The notes: a model not told the origin generated them from the sequence alone. A stretch of DNA of 64,000 nt from Ophelia neglecta (GCA_965285935.1 OZ260662.1:44330001-44394000), one strand, 5' to 3'. Positions 53,101 through 64,000 are shown, counted from the first letter of the stretch. Made by a program: numbers and translations.

Positions 53101-56100
53101 GTTTTCTAGGAATGCCCCCATTTTATCTGTTTAACCCTTAGCATACACGGAAAGTAAGTTTATCAATATTAGACATTTATATCAAGGTCAAGGACAAACT
53201 AAAATACGACCAAATTCCTTGTATGTGTGTTCCTGTTAGAATATTTATTGTCTCAGTTTGACCTTGAAATAAGACCCAAGGTCAAATTCAATGGCACTTC
53301 TTTTTTCCCTGCATATGAATCCCCACTGATGTTACATATATTTTGCTTAACTATCTTGCACCGTGAAGATCTGTGACACTGAGAGCATTACAAATGTACT
53401 GTTACTGTTTGAAAATTTGTGAGGCTTTTTATTTCATCAAATATGATTAAATTGCTAAGCCTTTAGATACATTTTGTACAAAGTTTTTATACAGTACACA
53501 TGGTGCAATATTAGAGTATATGGCCTGTTGGATTCTGGGGAAAAAATGTTGATTTGTTGATATTCTGGACAGGTCTTTTCAGTACACTATACATGGTTAC
53601 ATAGTGGCCTACATTTTATAAACCTAAAGAGAGGAGACAATAATGAAAGCACGTATTTCGCAAGGCTTTAGCTTTTTAAAAAGTGTCAAAATTAGTAATT
53701 CGTGAACAAACGACGACTTTGTGACAACATGATTCGATGAGCTCAGTTTTGCTTTGCAAGCTGAGCTAAAAATGCAATTGATTTGTTATTTTCAATTAAT
53801 GACCTCCTATTGGTCCGAAATAAATCAGTGAGCCTCCGAAAATTGCCCCCTCCCCTATCCCCCCTGGTAATAGTAGTGACTTGGCTCTTCGGAACACTCC
53901 TTTTTTTATCATGGACTCCTCGGTTTGACCACTACCTTTAGCCACACTCTTGGCCATCCTCTTTCCGTTCGAAGACAAAAGGACAAGGATCTTTTGTGCA
54001 ATGGAGGCAGTAACCAGAGATATTTTCAGGCTATATGCAAATGCTGAACTTGCTTTGATGCCAATGACCTTTACATACAAATTTTATACGCACGCATACC
54101 GCAAGATTTTGCTATACTCCACTTGTAATCATAAAATGTCCAGCTTCCGCCTTGGTGTCACAGCGAACAGATAACGCCATGAGCGTTTAATATTTTTCAA
54201 TCCATGACACGAACGTGTGTGCATAATTTTCTCTTTAAAGCAATAGTAATTTAAAATGGCGGTGACTTTCCCACGCACGTACTTTGTCATTATTCAGATA
54301 TCGACGAGTGCTCAGAGGGGCCCTGTCAAAATGGCGGACTTTGTGTCGACGAAGTGAATAGATTCTTGTGCGTCTGTCCTTCAGGATACGAGGGCTTGAC
54401 CTGTGACACTGGCAAGAACATGGGACTTGTCCTAATTCTTTCCTTTTTCATATTGCATTTCAACAAAAAGATGTAAAACGTATCTCAAGTACAGTTCGCT
54501 CTAAAGTTAAGTTTATTCCTCAGTATTGAAATATAATTATGTTTTGTTTATATCAGAGACAAATGAGTGCGCTCCAAATCCGTGTCAGAATCTTGGTATC
54601 TGTGAAGACTTGGTGAATGGTTATAACTGTACCTGCTCCCCGGGGTACGTCGGGGATAACTGCGAGATAAGTTAGTATATACTACCTCGAGCTACAAACC
54701 TTTTAGTTTTGAAAATTCTTTTTCAGAACTTCTATAATATAATATAAGAGATCTCCGCACTTTACACTTTCACCCTAAAATGATGTAGAGGACTGCCCGC
54801 TGCCCTCCTTGTACATTGCATTATGTACTTCGAAAATAGGTTGCTCCTTCCTGGCTGAGTATAAGAAATTTATAGAATAAGGAATGCTTATAAATTGCGT
54901 TTCTTTCGACAAGGCATGTTGACGGCCTGGCCAGACACGTGTGTGAGCGGCGGGATCCTAAACAGGTCTCTCACGACGGCCGAGTCGTGTATGGAAGCCT
55001 GCATGGCAAGTGACGAATGCTTCGCCGTCGATTTTGACATGGTGGATAACGACTGCCTCCTCCACACAACCTTGACCTTCTGTAGTGAACGTGAACACTG
55101 CCCCGGAAAAATCCATTACCTCTTTGTGCCATGTTTACCAGGTAAGAGATTTGTCCATCGGTTGACAAACCTGCAGCATATATATGTCTGGGTTAAATGT
55201 TAGAGGCAATTTTTGGACTTGACTACGTTCGTTGTCAAATTCTCACTCACCAATAATCAGACGTTTCAATGTTTCAATGTGTCAGCAAATTTTATAGCCC
55301 GGACTAAAACAAATAATTTATTCTTGGTTGTAACCCTTACGCCACTTGGGGATATCTTCTCCCAAGGTGACAGCAAAGTCCTTTTAAAGTTCCCAGGTAA
55401 TCTTGTTAGTTGGGAGGGCGATGTGTCTTCACGTGATCGTAAACCAATAAGGAAATCAGCGCAACAGTTTCCGGCAACGCCCGGACATTCTTAGTTCAGG
55501 CATCCTAAACACAGTTATTTTGACGTTTCCACTCAGAAAGGAGATGACTCGGGGGTCATCCGAGCTCTCTGACTAGTATATTGTCATTTCCCGAGTTTTT
55601 TTTGATTAAATTCAGGCATACGTTTTGATTGATATCAGGTTATAATTCTCCAGCTGCCTTTTCGATAACATGGTGTAACCAGCCGCTGATATAAGTTAGC
55701 GTAATTTACTTAGATTAAGCCACGAAGAAAGCGTTAAGTGGAGAAGAATAACCCGGGTGTTCAAAACACGTTCATCCGCGCATATATTTTCATTGCGGCA
55801 TTATTATATTTGCCATTTAATTTAAATTAACCATTGCTATGCACCCGCTTTGCGGCTTTCTGTGATATTGTGCAGCCAGAGCGCTGTCAATGCTGCATTT
55901 TTGTGCTATTGTGCGACGAACACTTACAGTGTTAACTTACATGGTCAAAACATTTAACGGGCTCTTTAAAGTGGACCATGCTCGACCATTCAATGACTCC
56001 GGAAACGCAGCATGATGTAGATTGATATTTAGGCGTTTACCTGAGGCGATGATAAAATAATGGCGCTTGACCATTCGTGTTTAATATCTCTTGATTATCA

Positions 56101-57652
56101 GCGCATGTCATTGTCCTATTTTTATTGGTACATATTGATTGTGATTACTATTCAGGATAGGCTTAATTCGTGTTAAATATATTCCCATCAGGCGTCACTG
56201 CTGATGACCAGATGAGGTACGTTAGACGATCCTATTCTGTGACTGGGGGCCAGGTTGTGTCGGACCGGAACTGCCCTCGCTGCAGTCCCGACATGTGTCT
56301 TAGTATCTGCTACTTCCAGGACGATTGTGAGGCGGTCGATTTTAACATGGCAACCCTCAGATGTTCATTGCACACCAGTAATACAGTTTGTAACCCCATT
56401 GAACCAGAACCAAATACAGTCCACTACACAAGAGAAATCTGTGGTATGTCCGGCAATTTCTCCACCAACCAGAAATATTATTAAAAATGAACTACCGACA
56501 CTGGGAATTATAATTTCTGTATATACTTTATATTATTAATACATACTTATAAAACAATAGCATCCTTGGTTAAATTTTACATGTTGGTTGACCTCGATTC
56601 TTATGTATTTGATTATGATTAAAACTCTTATATTTACATACGTAATTAAGGTGACTAGAACAAACAATCGGCTAATTGTCGACCAAGTATAGTATTCATT
56701 GCATCAAACATGTATGACATTACAGAGAACCAGAAGACAATAGCGCCGCGTGGGAGCTTTGCAGCGGGGAACTTACCGGCACCTACAAGTGCGTCGTAGT
56801 ATAGTTAGCCTTTTTTTCTCCACTTGTGTCTAAATTCCCTGTGATTAACAATGTCGGTGTGTCTTAATTCCCGTATGTGTCACAATCATATGGTTTATTC
56901 GGAATCACGCAAACAAGGTGATCGATTTAGTTTTTCCCTTGAATAGCATTTTCTATGTGGAGTTCTTTTTCAAATCATAAATATTAAACTGAAGGTTAAT
57001 TTTTTGCTGGCTTTCTTTTGTTTAGGGTCATTAATTAGGAGTTTTAAATGATATGCCTATTTCTACAACGACGAGTCGCTTGGTGCATCAAGTGGCCTGT
57101 CAGTTGAAACTGAAATATTTTATGAATTCAGACTGCCATTTTACTACGTATTGCAGGCATATCACCCGGGTGGCAGGCCTATCCCGGAAGGTTTCAGATT
57201 GGTGGACGACAGTATGAGATGCCTAATCGGGGGGCCACCCACATGTACACCGGTGACCAGTGTCTATCTCTGTGCGAGGATGACGAACGCTGTCTGGCTG
57301 TAGACTACAACTCAAATGATGGCACGTGCTATGCTCATTGGACAGAGGAACGGAAGTGTGGGCCGCTCCTGGACAACCCAGAAATATATCATGTTAAAAG
57401 ACCCGGCCGCTGTGGTAGGTGTCTCTGTAACTCAATTTATCATTACATATGTTTACTAATAAAGAATCAGTTATGAGAAAATGGAATATAAACTTACATT
57501 TTAGCCAATAGCTAACCCACAAGTTTACAAATTTAGCGCTACATGAAGACTTCTAATAACATCCTCGTTTTTCAGAGTTCATATTTAATGAAGAAGGGGA
57601 AACTAGTATGCCTTACCCAGAACCAGATCTCGTTGGAGTAGAGCGAGAGTAA
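44147..57652 (+). CDS. Gene B: secreted PAN(Apple)x3 - EGF x16 - PAN x3 protein (fibropellin/Notch-type EGF repeats), 1213 aa
   Basis: 27 phase-1 exons. Signal: 44147-44252 ([17 protein letters not shown]). PAN: 44476-44709, 45003-45260. Linkers: 45515-45553, 45813-45872. PAN: 46225-46461. EGF: 46647-46766, 47533-47646, 47941-48054, 48293-48406, 48569-48682, 49111-49224, 50063-50176, 50412-50525, 51019-51132, 51259-51372, 51569-51682, 51888-52001, 52340-52453, 52692-52805, 54298-54411, 54557-54670. PAN: 54914-55141, 56192-56443. Linker: 56726-56788. PAN: 57157-57414. Terminal: 57576-57652 ([25 protein letters not shown]). The joined frame is open for 3642 nt. AATAAA at 58013. The linker and terminal exons are the least certain. 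Confidence 0.9.
46647..54670 (+). repeat. Array of 16 EGF-like exons (15 of exactly 114 nt), mostly calcium-binding type
   Basis: Each exon encodes one 6-Cys EGF, e.g. [38 protein letters not shown]. Confidence 0.95.
52870..53890. mobile_element. Non-autonomous DNA transposon/MITE-like element, copy 2, in a gene B intron
   Basis: Colinear homology with 18949-19875 over ~53180-53890. The left boundary is uncertain. Confidence 0.65.
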
Positions 57653-60218
57653 AGCCTCACTATACAACATACCTATGCTGTGTTCACCCTATTGACATGA
57701 AGGTTTACATGGTATAAAAGGCCTCAAAGGGAGACTGGACTACAATAGAAGTATCGCGTTTTTGTTGAACAAAAACAATATATTTTTATACACTACGAAT
57801 ATAAATCGAAGTGGAAATAAGTAGGGGCTAAAAAATAAGATAAACCCATATGTTCAAAAGTCGCTTTTCATAGTTTTCAAAAGGTCATAGATTATTTTCT
57901 TTAATCGACCACGAAATTAGTTCCGATTTGACGTATACTTTTTGTATCAGCACTATTGAATTTATTTTATAAAACACTACGGAAATGTAAATAAGCGGTG
58001 AAGGAAATATTGAATAAAATACATTGGTATACATGTTCGCGCGTTGTTTTCAGAGTGCGATTGAGAACTTTTTTCTATATTTATGATTTTAAATCGATAA
58101 AGAAAAGCAAATCAGGTGTAAAACTACGTTAGAACCAAAAATTTATCTCAAATAACAATAACAGATAGATTTTTTTTAAATTGTGAAATCTTTATTTTTT
58201 GCTTATACGTTTTAGGTCAAAGTATTATTTATAACATTGGGAGTTAAATATTATTAGATTTTAGCAATTAATAGATATCGCCTTGCAAAATAAAGACCTA
58301 ACGAACTGTCTTGACATTTAGGTGTGATAAGAATAGTGATCATTCATGCATTAATTATCTTCATCTGGAGAAAATTCAGATATGGTAGTTGTTTCATAGA
58401 ATTTACTAAATTTAAAGTATTTTATTGACTAATAAGCATTGTAGTCGTGATATTCGTAACTGTGTTTGACACTGTGATTTTGATCGATATGCATTAAAGA
58501 CGACATGGGTCCTATAACTGATCCTTGTTAAACACAAAATTACAAGTAGGCCTATGGAGCATTGCTTCATTTACAATACCAGTGACATTAGTAGAAAGAT
58601 ATGTTGGATATTGCATTTTTCTCTCTTAAGTTACATATTCAAGGATATACATTTTAATTAAATACATACCTAAGTTCAGATACAAACGCTACCAAAATAG
58701 CAGCACGAGAAATAAATAATGAAAAAGTTAGGAATAGGAAGCCACCATCAGAATTCACGCAGAATTAGTCATTTTAAGGATAACCATTGACTGCGCCCTT
58801 AAGATATGGGTCCGACAGGGATAGCACTATATAACTCAGTCCTTAATAAATTAAACCGTGTAGTAATGCACTATAAGCACCGAACAAGACACTATGGAGA
58901 TAAATATTGCATAAGTTAGGCTAAGCCTTTAGTTTCTCAAGCACGAATTAAGCAATTATTTATCCAAAATATGAAATCAGTATGCTATTATTTTGCCAAT
59001 CATTCAGTAAGAAACTATTTGCTACAGTATATAGGGTATGCTTGACTACTGCATATGGCAAATTGCTAATTCATTCGTAAGACAAAAAGTTATGTTAGAC
59101 CAATGTAATGTTTTAAAATTCAGGAAAGGTGTTGCAAATTTATAAATGTGCAAGTGTTTCAGGGGGGCACCCTATTTGTTCAGCAATTAGGTTTTGGTTC
59201 AATGGCGCTTCGATAATTCAGGAATCGGCAATTATTTCCTCAAAATTTCCGTTATTTGTTCTCAACTTTTAAATTTGTAAATTGATTTTGAAAGAGCGTT
59301 GCTCAATAGAAGGTGTCTCGTATGCCTCTGCATTACATTATTTTTCAAAAAACAATAAGTGACAATACGCGGTTTTGCCACACCGTGTTTTGGCGAATTG
59401 CAGCATTTTTAAGAAACATTTATCTAAAAAACATGAACACCTTATTAAAGAATAGACATATACAAAAAATATCAGACCCAAGAAGGAATGAGTGGCTTGA
59501 TTACGAATATGCGTTAAAATTTATATTAATAACCAAATCGTGATGTTTGAAAGGGGGTAAGCTTTACTTTGGTGGGAACTCAGGAAGGGACATCTATAGT
59601 GCGGAGAATTCAGTAATGTAGGTATTTGAGAAATAAAAAATCCCCAAAAAAGTAATTTGGAGGTTTTTTAGAAAACCTAGAAATGAAATTGAGAATAAAC
59701 TGGATAATTCAGCTTCATAAAACAGGGATTGCATGAACAATTCTTTCCCCATATTGTATGCATAAGATTTAATGCCAACCGCAAAATTCGTTTAAAACGG
59801 GAACTCAAATAAAATTTTAAAATCATTGGAATGTAAAATATAGATACTGTCCTTTATTTGTGTCTTTAGTAAATTTCATTCATAGTTAAGGTCGTGTAAA
59901 TTGAATTTATTTTCGTATATCACCGTGTATAGATCTACCTGGGCTTGTGATAGGCCCTATACCTAAATACATTTAATGTGGAGTTTAATTCTACAGTCAA
60001 AATAATAATAATTCCATTGCATAGATATAATGACATGTACAGAGCAAATTTTACTACCAATTTAAATATTATTGCTGGTGATTATAAATTTTATGTGCAT
60101 TACCGCAGATTGTCATATTCAACGCCTGGGGCTTGGAACAGGGACGGTTCTCGATATGTAGGTCATTCTAACTTTAGTTCAATCAGATTTGAACTCACAA
60201 GGCATGAAATCGGTGACA

Positions 60219-60532
60219 ATGAACTTATTAAATATCGTTTTGTTTTTCCAGTGGATATTCAACAATGTGTTGGAATTAACCGCTCAAAATGGTAAGTTTT
60301 GTTTTATTGTTACGCGTATACAGTCTACAGATTAAGTGTGAATCTTGATTGCCAAAAAGTAGGGGGACGAATGTATCACATATTTGCAATATGCTTCATT
60401 GTCGCCTTATATAATACTGAATATATACGCACATATCATATATTTACATGTGCAAGAATGATTTCTATACTTGACTATTGCCAAAAGCGATAAATATTTT
60501 ACGGTTTTTAATACATTATTATCATTAAAAGT

Positions 60533-60575
<43 letters not shown>

Positions 60576-63500
60576 CATTATTATTATTATCATTATTATC
60601 ATTATCATCAATATGAATAAGGCAATTCCAACTCGAATTGGGAAGAATTACATAAAATGGTCCAATATTTAATCCAACATTGGCAGAATAAGTCGTTTAT
60701 TTGCATAGTTGGGTTTTGCCAGCGTTACTAAATTGAATATGGTAGCGATTATTCCCATGGAGGTGGGATCTACCAAAAAGAAAACTATTAACATGAAATT
60801 AACATTTTTGTGTTTATTCTATTGGAGAACACTCACATATACAGTAAGGTTAGAAGATATAAATCTACAAACATTCCAGACTACCCTACTTCCGTTTCCG
60901 TGTTTTCCACCAAGCATACTTTGATTTCGATACATAATTTGTCTAAGGCATCTCTTTATAAAGCTTGCTATCATAACGGACGCAGCGGGCTCGAGTATGC
61001 CAGGCTTCGTCGATTCTTCTTTTTCTATGTATCCATTATTAGTATATCATTATCATAAAAATATTATAAATATTATTATATCTGTAAACGATCATGTGGT
61101 CATTTATCACAAAATCAGATAATTTTTCTCTATTCATAAATGCACTTCTCATAACAGAAATTGCTGCTACATACATTGAGGGCTATGGCATACCTGGTGG
61201 TATAAAGAAGAGAGAGTTCAGAACTCTATTACAATGTTTGCAAGCTTGTGCAAAAGATTCAGACTGTTTGGGTTTGGATTTCAACACAAGAACGGAAAGT
61301 TGCTACTACCACCCGTCGAGTACAATTTGTAACCAACTGGAGAAGAAAACGAATTGCCTCCACATCCAGATGACAAATTGCTGTATGTTTATATTTACAA
61401 TGCTTTACCTGATTTAGATAAGCAACAAAGATATAAGACTGGATGAAACATGTTTGTTGCACATAAAGCTCTTATATAACAGTTTATAAATGACTCGAAT
61501 TCCTTACATATTATTGTATACCGTTATTGACAGCGACCAGTAATGTTGATGAGGACAGTGATACAACGACAAGAAGGGTTCAAACAACCTCAGCCACCAC
61601 GACAATTCCCACAACCACAACGACTTTTCCAGCAACCACAACGACTACTCCTACCACCACCACGACTATTCCTACCACCACCACGACTATTCCTACCACC
61701 ACCACGACTGCCCCTACAAGCACAAAGTTGTCGACAACAACGCAAGTTCTATTTACAACGAGCAACAGTCCATCTGACTTTGAACCTTCCAATGCTTCAC
61801 AGAGGACTGAATCTCAGTCGAGCATTGACACCTCAGGTCAGTACGTTTCTGAAGTTTAAAGATTTGGAAAAGCCAGGTGTCTTCTAAAAAGAAACCACAA
61901 GTCGTCGGAGTCATACAAACTCCTCGTATAATATATATGACTCGGTCATTACAGCCATATAGGCCTATTTTTCTCTATTTCAAAGCCTTTCATGATATCT
62001 AGTCATATTTATTTCCATCGGTCCTGCCATCAGCGTACCTGTTTACTGCACCAGGAATGTATGTCTCAGGCGGATATTTTCGCCACCAGGGTGTGCGACA
62101 ACAAGAGTGTCTTGACGCATGCGCCGCTCAGCCTCTCTGTTTGGCTGTAGATTACACAGTCCCTGCTGGAGGATGCTACTTCCACGGGACTGACACCTAC
62201 TGTGGTCAATTGAGAAACCTGTCTAGTAGCACGCACTACAAACGAGCCCTATGTGTTGTTGAAGGTAACCCAATGAGAACGCAAGATAACATAAACAGGA
62301 CCAAAGCTAATTGGCATACATTCGAAAACACCAAAATTTTCACATTGTCTTTGATAACCACCTGTTTGATATTTGGATTTTTAGGTTTATCTCTTTTTAT
62401 GTCGTTCATGCTGCTTTTCCAGGGAGTAACCAAGTAATAGAGATGTACCGAGGAATGTATTCCCCTGGTGATAGTTTGCTATGTGAACAAGGTTGTACAA
62501 TAGAAACGTGTATGGCAATGTGCGAACTCGTTGACGAGTGTGTTGGCGTCTCAATCAATACAACATCCGGGACTTGTCTGGCAAACGCCCCTTCCAATGT
62601 ATGTCTCCTAAACCGCAGAAGCCCAGATGTGGTTCAGGTTAACTTAGGACCGTGCTGTGAGTTTAACTTATGTTCTTTATAATCAGTGATATAAAATCAA
62701 ATTCCTCTGTGAAACAGAGTACATTGTATGCATCGGGCAAGAGAGTGTCCCCTTTCTAAGACAGACTTTTAGGCGTGTATTAGTTCTCACGAAGGTGGCG
62801 GTGGGAGTGGGGGTTTAGCAATTTTGGGGAAAACAATTAGGTTTTTTTTAAGCCCCCGCCATCATAAGTGTCGTAGTTCTTGAACCCCCCCCCCCCCCCC
62901 AGCTTACGCGGTTTTACGTGTCAGTGTCCTCCTGGGTTTACCGGAACTAACTGTGAAACAGGTGGGGAACAATACAAATCTCAAGCGGAATTCCCATCCA
63001 GGACATTTATCATTACATTAAGGATTTCCTTTCTAGATTATAAAATTGAATATACATTATAATGCACGATTTTTCTGATGACTGCATGGCAATTCATGTC
63101 CCTGATCAACTTATTCACCGCAGATATTGATGAGTGTCACAGCAACCCATGTCAACATGGCGGGAGATGTATTGATGACGTGGATAGCTTTATATGTGAT
63201 TGTCAGCCGGGTTTCTTTGGTTCAGATTGTATCATTGGTAACGTTATGGTCAATATAATACAGAAGAAATTGCCGTACACTTCTTACATAAACATATGTC
63301 GCAGTCAGACATATGTGCCTTTTCACCATGGGATTTTGCGGATTAATGTACTTTCATTTTAATATGAACATATAACCAAATTTGGACATCCAAATCAGAT
63401 ATATTCAGTTGCATCCCCAAATGCTAACTGGACGGGGACTTTTATGCAGGAAGATAATCAGAGCAATGAATAAGTGTTCCGTCTCTTATAGACAGTGATT

Positions 63501-63905
63501 CGACATATAACTACTTTTTCAAAATCGGTTTTGCCGGTTTTATAGCCACAGAAGCATTATTGTGGAGCTGGCATCAAATGATTATAATGTATCATTTATG
63601 AGGATCTGATGCCAAAATTGAACATTATGCAGCTCTATGTTGCCTTGCACAATTCCACAAGTTGGTAGAAACAATAGCTGTGCAGAACTAGGAAGGAGTG
63701 GGGGCATTTTCTTCTCACTTTTTTGAAGTTTCTTCCCACTGCTCTCCTTTAATTGTGTAAACCCTTAAATGCGACATTTTTCATACTGCAGAACTTAACG
63801 AGTGTGCCAGTTCACCTTGTGAAAATGATGGTACGTGCGTTGACAGGGTCAATGGATATCTGTGTGTATGTGAGTCCGGCTTCACAGGGACCAACTGTGA
63901 AATAG
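60219..63905 (+). CDS. Gene C: secreted PAN / mucin / PAN x2 / EGF-repeat protein, 3' incomplete
   Basis: Phase-1 exons: 60219-60291 (signal-like [24 protein letters not shown]), 61158-61382 (PAN), 61534-61836 (Thr/Ser-rich), 62034-62264 (PAN), 62423-62656 (PAN), 63124-63237 (EGF) and 63792-63905 (EGF, GC donor). A half EGF exon lies at ~62901-62961. TATAAA at ~60083. Confidence 0.85.
60535..60610. repeat. (ATT/ATC)n microsatellite in gene C intron 1
   Basis: Visible trinucleotide run. Confidence 0.95.
61596..61718 (+). repeat. Coding 21-bp tandem repeat (PTTTTTI), mucin segment of gene C
   Basis: About 5-6 units resembling CCTACCACCACCACGACTATT. Confidence 0.9.
62901..62961 (+). pseudogene. 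5'-truncated EGF exon remnant in gene C
   Basis: Encodes only [20 protein letters not shown] followed by a G|gt donor. It is preceded by a poly-C run rather than the first half of the EGF. Confidence 0.7.
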
Positions 63906-64000
63906 GCAAGTCGAATATATGATTGTCCTTACAGCATTTATTCTTTCAATGTAGAACAGTTAGGGGAATGTGGCATGTAATTGAAGATATGATAATTGTA

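Noticed and set aside
44147-57652. Calling gene B Notch, crumbs or fibropellin
   Set aside because: It has no LNR, ankyrin, laminin-G, CUB, avidin or transmembrane segment; only the EGF type is shared.
61543-61887. Pro/Arg-rich and antisense poly-Val ORFs
   Set aside because: Shadow frames of the gene C mucin exon.

Overview
This is AT-rich, intron-rich animal DNA, not prokaryotic. The domain style suggests a marine invertebrate, possibly an annelid or other lophotrochozoan (inference). Nearly all ORF-track entries are spurious or are exon fragments. Positions 1-2645 (-) hold the 5' end of a BEL/Pao LTR retrotransposon: a 421-bp LTR and an uninterrupted gag ORF that runs off the window. The 2.6-33 kb stretch is mostly non-coding, with decayed L2/CR1-type LINE fragments, MITEs, a ~200-N gap and candidate 5' exons of a minus-strand type II membrane protein. 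The 34-64 kb stretch (+) holds a tandem cluster of three genes for secreted modular proteins, which I assembled by hand from phase-1 exons. Gene A (5 exons, 375 aa) is signal peptide, chitin-binding-type-2-like module, PAN, Thr-rich mucin, PAN. Gene B (27 exons, 1213 aa) is signal peptide, 3 PAN, 16 Notch/fibropellin-type EGF, 3 PAN, acidic tail, with no transmembrane segment. Gene C (3' incomplete) is signal peptide, PAN, mucin, 2 PAN, EGFs. Notable details are odd-cysteine PAN domains beside mucin segments, a duplicated PAN triplet, a period-4/8 EGF array marked by GC-AG introns, and a half EGF exon cut off by a poly-C repeat.
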